Shown here: piece after piece, positions 1 through 11,749 of the stretch
Layout of the letters: every line of letters starts with the position of its first letter
How positions within the stretch are numbered: position 1 is the stretch's first letter
Source: Ginkgo biloba
Lineage: Eukaryota > Plantae > Ginkgophyta
NCBI GenBank assembly: GCA_024626585.2
Contig: JANKJI020000002.1
Location: 44,525,477 to 44,547,965 of the forward strand
DNA: 22,489 nt
Direction: 5' to 3'
The notes under the pieces: generated by a model
What the model was told of the DNA's origin: nothing
The model's input: only the letters and a program-made list of their open reading frames with translations
Database searches by the model: none
Position numbers and translations under genes: made by a program

Positions 1-560
1 ACATCTTCCATCGTGTTAATATCTTAGAAAAAATACCTTCTGGGTCATAATATCTCTCCCATATGGTATCGAAAAGGTATTCCCTAATTCTATCATCAAA
101 TTTTCTTAGATGTTCAATATTGTTGATTGTCTACTTGACCAAATGAAAAAGATGAGAATAACTCTTCTTCTCAATGTGCATAAATTTAAAATGAACCAAC
201 CACATTTGCCAAAAAATATCATTTAACATAATCTAGTCCTTTGTGAACCTTGAGAGTCAATAGGGTTATCCTTCAAAATCATACAAATGAATTTAGTATA
301 ATCCTTATCAAGAAACCAATCACTAAATCCCTTTATATACCTTATTTCAGTATAACTTACCCTCCCTATTTCTCGATTCTCAAGGCAAAAAAAAAAACAT
401 GGTAATAAATTTATCATAATTTATAATAGAAAATTACCTTTTGCAATTCACCTTCTAAATTTTAGGGTACCAGTGAGTAACAAGTAATTCTTTTTCTTCC
501 TTATTCTATATATTGGCACATGGACTAAAAACACTTTGGGAGAACATAATTATATATACC
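1..560 (-). pseudogene. Degenerate ORF resembling an accessory (extra) ORF of gymnosperm-type LTR retrotransposons; runs off window start
   Basis: Frameshifted minus-strand reading: FSDWFLDKDYT / PY*LSRFTKD*IMLNDIFWQ...EKKSY...YYDPEGIF. The motif order DWF...PYxLPxF...KK...YDPxG matches my recollection of such proteins; not verified by search. Confidence 0.4.
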
Positions 561-1007
561 AAATAAGAATTCATGTATAAGTGGCATGATTGGAAAAAAT
601 CTATGAGTTATTGAGAAATTGTATAACTAATAATATTGGCCCAATTATAGGCCAATACACCCTTTATAATGTAATGCATTATCAATAACATGTAATGACA
701 CACATTAATAGTGTCCCTTTTTCTTAATAACCTATTGATCAAAGCTATAATAACTTTAAATTTATTTTTCAACTTAGTAGTATTATACCTTCGTTCTCAT
801 ATAGATTTATGTACCTATGTTTCCATACAATAATTTACCATCTTAGGAAGATGTTAGGGCCTTTGATAAAATATTTTTATCCTCTCAAAATAAAATTATT
901 TTGTAGGGAGGCAAAGATGAAGTATTTTTGTAAATACATCAAGAGTTAGAGCACATAATACACTATTCATATCTGAGACTATAATTCTATATTGAGGGTT
1001 AAACCTT

Positions 1008-1953
1008 NNNNNNNNNNNNNNNNNNNNNNNNNNNNNNNNNNNNNNNNNNNNNNNNNNNNNNNNNNNNNNNNNNNNNNNNNNNNNNNNNNNNNNNNNNNNN
1101 NNNNNNNNNNNNNNNNNNNNNNNNNNNNNNNNNNNNNNNNNNNNNNNNNNNNNNNNNNNNNNNNNNNNNNNNNNNNNNNNNNNNNNNNNNNNNNNNNNNN
1201 NNNNNNNNNNNNNNNNNNNNNNNNNNNNNNNNNNNNNNNNNNNNNNNNNNNNNNNNNNNNNNNNNNNNNNNNNNNNNNNNNNNNNNNNNNNNNNNNNNNN
1301 NNNNNNNNNNNNNNNNNNNNNNNNNNNNNNNNNNNNNNNNNNNNNNNNNNNNNNNNNNNNNNNNNNNNNNNNNNNNNNNNNNNNNNNNNNNNNNNNNNNN
1401 NNNNNNNNNNNNNNNNNNNNNNNNNNNNNNNNNNNNNNNNNNNNNNNNNNNNNNNNNNNNNNNNNNNNNNNNNNNNNNNNNNNNNNNNNNNNNNNNNNNN
1501 NNNNNNNNNNNNNNNNNNNNNNNNNNNNNNNNNNNNNNNNNNNNNNNNNNNNNNNNNNNNNNNNNNNNNNNNNNNNNNNNNNNNNNNNNNNNNNNNNNNN
1601 NNNNNNNNNNNNNNNNNNNNNNNNNNNNNNNNNNNNNNNNNNNNNNNNNNNNNNNNNNNNNNNNNNNNNNNNNNNNNNNNNNNNNNNNNNNNNNNNNNNN
1701 NNNNNNNNNNNNNNNNNNNNNNNNNNNNNNNNNNNNNNNNNNNNNNNNNNNNNNNNNNNNNNNNNNNNNNNNNNNNNNNNNNNNNNNNNNNNNNNNNNNN
1801 NNNNNNNNNNNNNNNNNNNNNNNNNNNNNNNNNNNNNNNNNNNNNNNNNNNNNNNNNNNNNNNNNNNNNNNNNNNNNNNNNNNNNNNNNNNNNNNNNNNN
1901 NNNNNNNNNNNNNNNNNNNNNNNNNNNNNNNNNNNNNNNNNNNNNNNNNNNNN
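1008..1953. other. Assembly gap (one of many; other large ones at 6385-6602, 13798-14237, 15805-16778)
   Basis: Runs of N. Several gaps are exactly 100 N (3161-3260, 9503-9602, 10876-10975, 18903-19002, 20360-20459), typical unknown-size placeholders. Confidence 0.99.
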
Positions 1954-2584
1954 CTTCTTTTACTTGCATTTAATTTTTATTTTTATGTTTATCGAATATT
2001 TATTTCATTAAATATTTTATAAAATCCAAAACACCAACTTATGTTGTCAACTAATGGTATACATAAATATTTTATCATTAACAATTATATGCTCCTAACG
2101 AGTCTACGATTCATACTCCATACTTCTTTCTTTACATTTTTAGGTTTAAATGTTTTTTAGAGTTTTCATAAGATGATGAAACATGCTCTAATTTATCTCC
2201 ATAATTAAAAACCCTAAAAACCTAAAAATATAAGTGGCCTAATTTCTAAGTATGAAGTTTTCCCAGAAACTCATGCTTCCTATCAATTCTAATTTTTTTG
2301 TCCAAATCCCAAGTGATTCCAAAAATGCACTTCCATATTTTAAAATTTATCCCATTGGTATGATGAGTTATATTCCTTATTTTATCTTCTTCTCAATCTA
2401 AATCATTGTCTTATTCTTTAATTCCAACCTTATCTCCCATGTATCCTCCTCTTGATTACGTGAAAAAACATATGTAAAAGGAAGAAGTGGGTTCCCTTTT
2501 ATAGGTCATTAGAAGGGAAGCTTTACCCAAAGGACTTTTAGGTATTTTTTCTATCCTTGATAAACTCAAGAATTTATTTGAATA

Positions 2585-3100
2585 TTATTTGTCCCTAATT
2601 ATTTATTTATTGATATTTGCATGACATTAATTGAAGACTATAGATTAACAATACACCTTTGAATAATAAACTCATCAATTTTGACTTGAAAGTGGAAAGG
2701 AATAGAAAGACTATATTTTAATGTTATTTTCTAGGAAGATAATATGGATAAAATAAAAATACATCATGGTGAAAATTAAGTATCTTCATTAATAATTTAG
2801 TAAGAAATATTTCTCTTTATTTTGGACAACTCTTGAACACATCCATTAGAAACTTACTAGAGGAGATAGAATATGACTCATTCATAANNNNNNNNNNNNN
2901 NNNNNGGAATTTCATTTAGTTAGTTAGAGAAGAGGTCTTCTAAATTCCAACCTTATGGGTTGTGTTGGTAATGGATTTTCTACTAATGTCTTTGAGGAAG
3001 AGGGTGATGTTTTAGTTGTGTCATGAAGAGAAGGGATTTTTTAGGCTTGGCTAGCTTCCTTATGAGCATGAGCTTGATTTGTAGTCATGACCTATTTCAA
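2585..3100 (-). pseudogene. Second Gypsy gag-linker/aspartic protease relic
   Basis: 2700->2585 reads PFHFQVKIDEFIIQRCIVNL*SSINVMQISINK*LG (cf. RCIVDLGSSINVM...LG). Upstream LMDVFKSCP and a Ser/Thr/Pro-rich linker fit the gag-pro junction. Confidence 0.6.
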
Positions 3101-4790
3101 AATTTTGAATATGTTTTCTATGAATATGATAAAATTAGAACCCTTAATATTGGTGTTAAANNNNNNNNNNNNNNNNNNNNNNNNNNNNNNNNNNNNNNNN
3201 NNNNNNNNNNNNNNNNNNNNNNNNNNNNNNNNNNNNNNNNNNNNNNNNNNNNNNNNNNNNGGAAATTTAGTGATGATCTATTCACATCTTTATCTAATCT
3301 TACAGAATCAATTATCAAAATATAAGAGTAATTATTCAGATAATTCTTAGGATAATGAGAGATATAAGAATTTAGAAAATTCTTTGGAGAATGAGAGATA
3401 AAAGAAGTGATATAAATATAAAAGGATGGAGAAAGGAAGAATAGAGACTACAGGGTAAAATTTTAGATGTTAAGTNNNNNNNNNNNNNNNNNNNNNNNNN
3501 NNNNNNNNNNNNNNNNNNNTTATTTTTCCTTAGAGATGGAGATATTTAATAAGATAACCTAGATTTTCCTTACAAATGCGGATGAGACAACATAGATAAT
3601 AGATGGTGCCATACAAAATCAAATCCAAATGAAAGGAAAGGCAGGGTTAGGATGTAGTGAAATAGTAAGAAGAATGGAAGTAGAACAAAAATATAATGGA
3701 AACAAAATGGCTTAGTTGGGAGGATAAAAATTAGATAGAAGATAAGACAAGATAGTTATGAGAAAAGATAATGGGCAACTAGAAATGAGAAAAAATATAG
3801 AACAGTTGGGGAGATGGATGCAAAGGTAAAATATGGTGGGATACATAACTTTGAAATGAAGATAAATTCTCAGATGTATGATGGAAATAATATTTATTTT
3901 AAAATTATTATTATTATTATTAAAGGCTCAGGCTAGAAGTTATTTCATACTTCATGCAGAAGGCTTAACAACTAAATCCAAGGATGAATACTCGAAGGAA
4001 GAATATATTTAAAGATTTAAATATAGAAATGATTGAATTGTATTGAATGTCATGTCATACAATGATATAGTACTAACTTGTATAGACTTGTCCTCCTAGG
4101 GTTATCATGATTATGCACCCTTTTAATATGACCTATCATTAATACCCATCCTAACTTTTCAATTATTAAATAGCCTTATTATCCTTATAATTAGGTATGT
4201 TACATTAGCACTTCTTATAATTTGATATAATCTAATAAGTATTCATATGTAAATTAAATGAATTTAATATCTTAATAATGGTTGTAACATAAGAAATTGT
4301 TAACCAACTACCATTCACAAAAACAATCATGCTACTTAAAATGAACCCATTGGCTTGTTTTAGTAAATAGTGAAGCCATATTTTACCTTCTATATGTATC
4401 ATAAAATAATAAAAGTGCGATCATGTATGGTGTAAATAATGTATAAATGATGTATAACAAGTTCTAAATAGGATGTGAGGCTCCATGAATATAAGCAATA
4501 ATTACACAAACGAGTAGTGAAAATGCATGGGTGTGAAAAAGAACGATAAAAAAAATCCCCCAAAGATTGAGATATGTATGAATGTAATGAATAAAGGTAT
4601 AAAAGAATTTTGTAGGAGACCAAACTATAAATGAAACATAAACAATGGANNNNNNNNNNCATCATAGTAAACTACTATGATGAGATAAACTTTATGAAGT
4701 GGATATTTTTATTGATATCATGTATTAATACTTATTCTGAGAAATACAAAGTGAAGAGGAAGGAAGATAGGTTGCATCAGACAATGTACA

Positions 4791-4803
4791 TTACCCTCAC
4801 CTA
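4791..4803 (-). other. Candidate polypurine tract before a 3' LTR starting TGTA at 4790 (minus strand)
   Basis: Minus strand reads TTTTT AGGTGAGGGTAA TGTAC, about 1.3 kb downstream of the integrase end and in the right orientation. No partner LTR is available to confirm it. Confidence 0.3.
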
Positions 4804-6104
4804 AAAATAAACACTTGTGAAAAATGTGATCTACCCATTATAAAAAAAAATACTACACACATCCTAGCCTCATCCAAAAATGTGATATAATAATAAAATC
4901 CACATGAGTATGGATGACTCCCATCCTCATGGGAATGATATAAAAATAAATGATAATATAATTTCAAATGATAATAAAAAATCCATGTGATAATGTCATA
5001 TAGAATATATTAGAATGATGATAATGGCATGTTAATGATAAATGATAAATCATAAATCATCTAATGCTATATAATATCATAAAATAAGAACTATAATGTC
5101 ATCAAACAAGTACATAAATGTGTCATGAAGAGGGAATGGATCCAAGTGGTATTGAACATAGAAATAATGCCCAGATAACTAATCATTGATAAAAATAACT
5201 ATTGGATTATAAGAATCAATGATCCATTATTAGAAGAATAAAAATTATTAAATAGGGAAAGCACGGATGGCTTGCTTCTATCCAATGTCTAGTGGAAAAT
5301 ACTACAATGAGGCTCTAAATGTGAGAGGATATGTTGGATGATGTATATCCATGTATTAATGCTATATTATATAAGTATATAATTAATATAATAACACCTA
5401 AAGGCCTCCATAAATAAAATAATATGCCTTCTAGGGAAAAATACTAATGATGGGCTAACTTGAACAAAGGCTATATGAATGAGACTTGAACATAAAGATA
5501 CTCAAGTACATTCCTATTGATGACCCCTAAAAGGATATTATTCAAAATATGGAATGAAATTGTATATTTATGAGGCCTTTGATATGAGTAGTGATATTCA
5601 ATTGAATAAGTGATATATTATGTGAATGCCCCTTAGGTTTTTGTGTGTACTAAGGGAAAATAAGTGAGTCCAAATGATAAAGTATAGATAAATGTATATC
5701 CCTTTTTTGGTTCTTGTGGATTATAAATATATGATGACAAATATTCCCTTAGATTTTTATGAATTCTAAGAGAAAAATAACTATCCAAATGTATCTGAAA
5801 ATTACAAAAAATCTATAAAAATATACACTTAAAACTATGTTAAATATCAAAGGAGATTCTCCACAATGTTGCATTTATATTTGGAATTTTTTATTTTGAA
5901 ATTGTAAATTTTAAAATGGAGTTACTAGATATATTGATCATTTAAAATAAACAAGTCATGAATGAACTCAAAACATGCCAGTGAGTAATTATGAAGACAC
6001 ATAATGTCTAAATTACAGTGATTCATATAAAATAAGTACCCCCTCTTTAAAATTTGATCCATATAAATAAGAGGAAAAAATATGAAAGATGTCCCACTAT
6101 ATAC

Positions 6105-7260
6105 TCAAGAATAACATATATTACATGATGTCCTATTAGTTATATTAGAAAAAAAGAACCATCTATGTGTCCTACACGATATGAATTTTTTTATAGATCC
6201 TTGGTAATAATGAATGGACCTAAGCATTGAGGATTCAACATGCTACAGCTAATATTCTTTGTAGCCTTATCAAAGTAAAGGACCAAAACACCTTACTTAA
6301 ATGTATGAGGAATAGACTCTCTATCATAAGGGGTTTCACCTAATTTTTCATGTGCTTACAAAGTTTATAGATCCCTTCGATGAGNNNNNNNNNNNNNNNN
6401 NNNNNNNNNNNNNNNNNNNNNNNNNNNNNNNNNNNNNNNNNNNNNNNNNNNNNNNNNNNNNNNNNNNNNNNNNNNNNNNNNNNNNNNNNNNNNNNNNNNN
6501 NNNNNNNNNNNNNNNNNNNNNNNNNNNNNNNNNNNNNNNNNNNNNNNNNNNNNNNNNNNNNNNNNNNNNNNNNNNNNNNNNNNNNNNNNNNNNNNNNNNN
6601 NNTAAAGAATAGTCTTCAATATCTTATTGAATGGTTTTGCCAATCCATTGGCTTGGGGATAATATGATGAAGTCCTAGAGTGATTAGTTCCAAGTTTGTT
6701 AAATAGCTCCTCCATCATCTCATTAATGAAATGTTTTTCTCTATTTTAAATGATGGTAAGTGGTATTCTAAATCTAGTGATAATTTGGTTGAATATGAAC
6801 AATATCATATTTTCACTATCAACACTTTTTATTGGCATAGCCTAAACCACTTAGCGAAGTACTCAAAATAGATATAATGTACTAATAATCAATACTCATA
6901 ATAAAATCAAATGGTCCAATAAAATATGTCCTATTTGGAAAATGGGCTTGCAACTACTACAAGATATCGTAGGGCCAGAGTAACATATTCTCATCAAATA
7001 AGTTATTAACATTGGGCATAATGATTGATGGATTCAGGATATTCTTTGACTAAGATTGGACAACAATAACCATATTTCACAATTTACAAGTTGTACTTAG
7101 TCTAAAATAATTACCTTTGCATGCACTAAAATTACATTCATTCAAAATGACCTCTACTTCATCTTGGTTAGCAGAATAATGTGAAATCCTATTAATTGAT
7201 CTCTTATATAAAGTATAATGAATAATATAATTATGATATTGAATATTTATTTTGTATCAT
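6105..7260 (-). pseudogene. Gypsy integrase relic (zinc finger, core, GPY/F)
   Basis: LYKRS...EVILNEC...GYCCPILVK (decayed HHCC), FIGPF, EYFAKW, FIFNQIITRFRIP, SSYYPQANGLAKPFNKILKTIL (track ORF 6365..6718), GVLVLY...LGPFIITK...NSYRVGHIDG. Gap 6385-6602 lies inside. Confidence 0.92.
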
Positions 7261-7429
7261 TAAGATTTGTCAAGATTAGGAGAATATATTTTATCCCTCA
7301 AATATCTTTTTATACCCCTAAGCCATTGATTTTCATTGAAAATAAAAAATAGTGCATGATCTAGGAAAGATGTACTAACCTCAGAATAGGAGTTTAAGAA
7401 GGAGTATAAAATTCAATAATCATTGTTAA

Positions 7430-7810
7430 TAAACTCTTTCCCTTCTTAGCTTTGATGTGTATGAATTCAAGCTCAAATTACTAAAGGGGGGTTATCCAAT
7501 GGCCAAAACATCCTAACAAGGTTGTTTTATCTAGGAGATATTTTAGAGAATTAGATAGAAGAACAACTTTAGAATGGTTATGAATCATATAAAGCCTTCA
7601 TCACTTAGTAGAATGGAAAATTTCAAGGAATTATCTATCAATATTAGGATAGTTGAACTCATAACCAAATAAGGGATTACTCACATAATAAATTACAGGT
7701 TTGATATAAGATCCATCATCTAGTACAAGGACACTCCTAATATAAATGTTATAATATTAAATACATGGGATAAATTATTTTATAAAATCAAGTGGCATTG
7801 TAATAGGAAA
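7430..7810 (-). pseudogene. Gypsy RNase H relic
   Basis: IRSVLVLDD...VIYYVSNPLFGYEFNYPNID (cf. IGAVL.Q...IYYxSxxLxxxExNYxxIE) and NSLKYLLDKTTLLGCFGHW...LEFIHIKAKKGK (cf. PLKYL..K..L.GRLARW...EF...KG). Confidence 0.82.
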
Positions 7811-7859
7811 CAATACCATAAATTGTTTAAGGTCATCAAATATTTTTTTAAACTTGTGA

Positions 7860-8810
7860 TCCCATTGAAAAGGGGTATTATCTTTGGACAAGTGATGCAA
7901 GGGGGTGAAAATCATAGAAAAATCCTCAATAAATATTTACATATACCCACTATTTCCTAAGAAATATTTTAGTTATGTGAGGTTCTTAGGGGAGGCATGT
8001 CCAAAATATATTCAAGTTTGATTATATTGACATATATACCATGGTTAGAAATTATGTAACTGAAGATGAACTTAAAATGAAACTAAGGATACAATTATGT
8101 GGATTGAGACTATGTAGTATATACAATACTATTAAAATATAACATGCAAAATATAAAAATGATTAGGACATTTTTAGGACTATATACTCAAATTATCATT
8201 GGAAAGCATTGATGAATGTGTCATAAATCATAAAATTCCATAATAATAGTCTTTTAATATGTATACCAATATTAATAAAACCAAATGTTATGATTTGATA
8301 AAGAAAAGGACCTAATGAAGTGGTCAATGTTGTTTTTAGATGATTTTTCTCAATAATAAGGATTTGATTGTATCATAAGAATCCATCCATTAAAGATAAA
8401 AATCCATCCCTAGCCATAGAATCTATTATATTATTAGTGAATGATGTTCGAAAATTTTCCTTAGTAGAGGCCTTGTTGAGGTCTATAAAGTCAATGCATA
8501 TATAAGCAATCTATTATTATTTTATTATAGGGATGATTTTATCTACATGTTTGATGTAGGTGATTGAAAAGATGACCAAGCATATAGAAGTTTATGAACT
8601 TATTTCTTTATGGTTTCATCCAATTATAGATTAAAACATATTTATTTTTAATAGATAGGCCTGGGTTCAAGATATATTTCAATGTGATGGAAAATGAAAC
8701 TAGGGTCAATGTTATGCATTTCATCATAGGACCATGCAAGAATGTCATAATAATATTAAGAGAGGAATTTAAATTTATCGTTTTCATGAGGTGTGAAATC
8801 TACCCTAATG
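7860..8810 (-). pseudogene. Gypsy reverse transcriptase relic
   Basis: DILAWSYDEMHNIDP (~8700-8746; cf. DVFAWSYxEMPGIDP), ICIDFIDLNKASTKENF (~8453-8503; cf. ICIDFRDLNKACPKDNF), SLMDGFL*YNQI (~8361-8397), FLYQIITFGF, DMPP, TPLHHLSKDNTPFQWD (~7858-7908). The YxDD catalytic motif is destroyed. Confidence 0.92.
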
Positions 8811-9379
8811 GGAGTTTCTTCTAGTCTATTAAATTTAAAAATATCAATACGATGAATCTTACTAATATTAATGATATTTCCCTTCAAATAGTGTGAGGAT
8901 TACTAGTCCTCCTTGGTTAAATATCTAGTGGGAGAATATCCCTTTAATCTACATGGAAAATTGATTTGGTATTTGTTACTTCATGGGAAGGAGAAGAGAA
9001 ATCAAGTGATCCTTTAAGGGATACGTAATTTCTTTGTCTATGTTATGATGAGATTGTTTCAATAAGGTTTGATCACCATATATGAAATACAAAATGGCCT
9101 TATTATTCTCAAACACGTTAAATATGGGTTTGTCATTTATATTGATAAATAATACTATGGATGAATTGGATTGTTCTACTAGAGGATTTATAGAAAATGA
9201 ATTGACCATGAATTCAAAACCTATTGGAAACATAGTAAGTCTATGGATTATGTAAAGAGGTTTCTCAGTTGGAACTAGTGGAGTTTCCATTAACTTGGAG
9301 ATAGAAAAATCAATTATAGATGAACTAATATCCACTTAAGGAACTAAGGTGATATGACATGGAGATTAGGATTTATGTA

Positions 9380-9690
9380 AATTATTTTCATAATATTTGG
9401 ATTGATGGATTTTTAACATGGAATTTTTTAGTGTGAATTAAATCAAGCCCTATAATGTGGCCATGAATACCCCCATAGGAGTAATCCAATATCTGTCTAG
9501 AANNNNNNNNNNNNNNNNNNNNNNNNNNNNNNNNNNNNNNNNNNNNNNNNNNNNNNNNNNNNNNNNNNNNNNNNNNNNNNNNNNNNNNNNNNNNNNNNNN
9601 NNAATCAACTTCTTAAAGTTTTTTCTGATAGGTACAATACACCTGAAGATATTTATAGAAGGATTATAGTTAACAATTATCAACTACTCA
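9380..9690 (-). pseudogene. Gypsy aspartic protease relic, split by 100-N gap 9503-9602
   Basis: IIVNYNPSINIF (~9640-9685) resembles a decayed active site IVDxGSSINI. LDRYWITPMGVFMATL*GLI*F (~9425-9502) resembles the protease C-terminal LLGRxWxxxM...L...I.F segment. Position directly upstream of RT fits. Confidence 0.55.
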
Positions 9691-9700
9691 ACTGATTAAC

Positions 9701-10121
9701 TGTTGTAATTCCTAACTACCATGAATTGTATACAATTTGCAAGTGCAATTCGAGGTACAATCCGATGAGCACATTAGTCTAAGTGTTAGAATGTGTCTAG
9801 GACTAAGCATTATAATGTGTCTAGGATTAAGTGTTAGAATATTTTATAAACTTAGGAAATAAGTGTGCATCGCATATTTTAATCTATAGAGTCTAAATTT
9901 GTATTAAGTCTTTTATTTTTATCTTAAGTAATAAAGTCTTAACTGTCAATTCTAAAACAATTGTGTAAAGCCTTATTTTATAAGGCCATTCCTCTTTCAT
10001 GAATTACTAAGTTTGAATCAAAGAATTCATCTACAATCATTTCCTCTCTTGAGTAAGTTCTTTGCTTCCTCCTTCCTTTTTGTTGTAGAATAAGTATTTC
10101 CTTATCATCTTGCTCATATCA
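9701..10121 (+). mobile_element. 5' LTR of a second, truncated LTR retrotransposon (TG...CA; left boundary approximate)
   Basis: Ends ...TATCA at 10121, 2 nt before a PBS. TGTTG at 9701 coincides with loss of protease homology of the minus-strand element. TATA-like TTTTATAAGG at ~9976. Confidence 0.6.
9780..9840. repeat. 24-bp tandem repeat, ~2.5 copies, inside the LTR
   Basis: TAAGTGTTAGAATGTGTCTAGGAC / TAAGCATTATAATGTGTCTAGGAT / TAAGTGTTAGAAT. Confidence 0.85.
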
Positions 10122-10123
10122 TT

Positions 10124-10135
10124 TGGTATCAGAGC
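10124..10135 (+). other. Primer binding site complementary to tRNA-iMet 3' end
   Basis: Exact TGGTATCAGAGC following CA+TT, the canonical plant LTR retrotransposon PBS. Confidence 0.88.
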
Positions 10136-11712
10136 TAGGTAAGGGTCATTTTCAGGAACTGGTTCACCTAGGAAAATCCATCTATTTTGGACGTTGTTGG
10201 TGATTCTCAAATCTTCTCGGAGTAGGTCGACCTCCTCACAATAGTCTACATGGCTAGGCAACCATCCAATGGCCTCCTAAAACTCTTAACAAAGCCATCC
10301 AACCCTTGAACAACCTAACAACATCGCAGTCACTCTTAAATACTCTAGCGACCTCCTCATGCTCATAACAACAGTCATGGCATCCATTGAGAACAATTGA
10401 TCTTTAGAGAGACTTTATTGATTTTTTTTTTTTTAAGTTGCATGCTATACATACATTCCACATCCCAAATATATCGCACCTCCAGTGAACTACCCTTCAA
10501 TTCAAGGAAAGTTACATGAAGTTGAAACCCTTTTGCAATCGCCCACAATCACGTGATTGAGCAGTAGTCTGCCCAGACACAAAAAAAAAAATTAAAAAAG
10601 AGGTGAAGTGTTTCAAACTATTGACGAAGCACATCAAGTGATGAATAGACAAGGACTAAGTTGTGAGCCAAATCAGGAGCCAAAAATGATTCAAAATCTT
10701 GTGTAATCTATTGTAAGAAGTTCATTAATGTCATTTAATAAGGTTCAATTTTCTTTTCTAAGAAAATATTAGCGCTTGAAAAAAAAATGGTATTGGCATA
10801 TACTTAAAAATATTCCTTTTTTAATTTAAAAGGGTCTCTAAAGCCATTTCAAACAAAAAACTAAAAAGTTAACTTNNNNNNNNNNNNNNNNNNNNNNNNN
10901 NNNNNNNNNNNNNNNNNNNNNNNNNNNNNNNNNNNNNNNNNNNNNNNNNNNNNNNNNNNNNNNNNNNNNNNNNNNTAGAAGTAACTTTAGGAATAATTGT
11001 AATATGTTAATCATTCATGCAGTGATAGAAATTAATACACATCTAAATACCATGTAATATTTTGAAGACTATTATTTTTGGGACTCATAATAATTTAATA
11101 ACAAACATAATCTGTGCATATGTAATTAATGCATTTATAAATTAATATAATGGAGGATGATTGTAATATTTGTATTTATATGAATATATTCTAGTTTTAG
11201 GCTATAAAAAAAGAGAAGCAATGTATATGTATAAACACACCCTTAGGATAGTTAGTTGCAGATATGCAAATGTTACCTATAATAGATATAATAGTTACAA
11301 AGTGACAGAGTCTTATTTATTACAATATAAATTATATGGTTAACAATTACCATCTACCACAAACCATATATAAAATATGTCCTTCACATATTACCTATTT
11401 TACATTATCAAGCTTATCCCTTATAGGTAATTATAACCATAAGTTTGTATTATCACCACAAATCTATAATCAACCAATTGTGTTTGTATTACTTCCTTAC
11501 CAATTTATGGATTATAAAGTCAATAATACACTATTGCAAGACTACAATCTTAATTATTAAGAAAATATATTTTTCTATTGCATATCATACTTACATTGTG
11601 CAAGTTATTTATTGTTGTCGTTTTCTATTATAAGTAATAAAAACAATATCAAGTTAAGTTGACCCACTTACATGTAGTTATAATTTTGTATTTAAAGACA
11701 ATTATATAGTGG

Positions 11713-11749
11713 CCTCGTGATTTCGCGAGGATTTGAGATCCCTTGCTAG
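11713..11749 (+). mobile_element. Candidate Helitron 3' terminus (GC-rich hairpin + CTAG)
   Basis: CCTCGTGA-TT-TCGCGAGG (11713-11730; 8-bp arms with one G:T), 15-nt spacer, CTAG at 11746-11749, closing a very AT-rich tract. The next base is G rather than the expected T. Confidence 0.4.

Larger units (their letters stand above)
6105..9690 (-). mobile_element. Degenerate Ty3/Gypsy LTR retrotransposon pol region (PR-RT-RH-INT), non-chromovirus Tat/Athila-like, many stops and frameshifts
   Basis: Manual minus-strand translation gives protease, RT, RNase H and integrase motifs in Gypsy order, ending in a GPF motif with no visible chromodomain. CpG is strongly depleted. Confidence 0.92.

Noticed and set aside
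896-2011. Long ORFs of 339-357 aa in the track
   Set aside because: Almost entirely X from the N gap 1008-1953; flanking residues are not protein-like.
3920-4220. Possible minus-strand LTR starting TGTAACATACC at ~4204
   Set aside because: Boundaries and PPT are too decayed to support without a repeat library.
10124-10135. tRNA-Met-related sequence as a tRNA gene
   Set aside because: Only the 12-nt complement of the tRNA 3' end; it is a PBS with no cloverleaf.
10037-10261. 74-aa minus-strand ORF
   Set aside because: Antisense across the LTR/PBS junction with no recognisable motif; likely chance.
11336-11633. Short + strand ORFs
   Set aside because: Very AT-rich, Ile/Tyr/Asn-biased chance ORFs.
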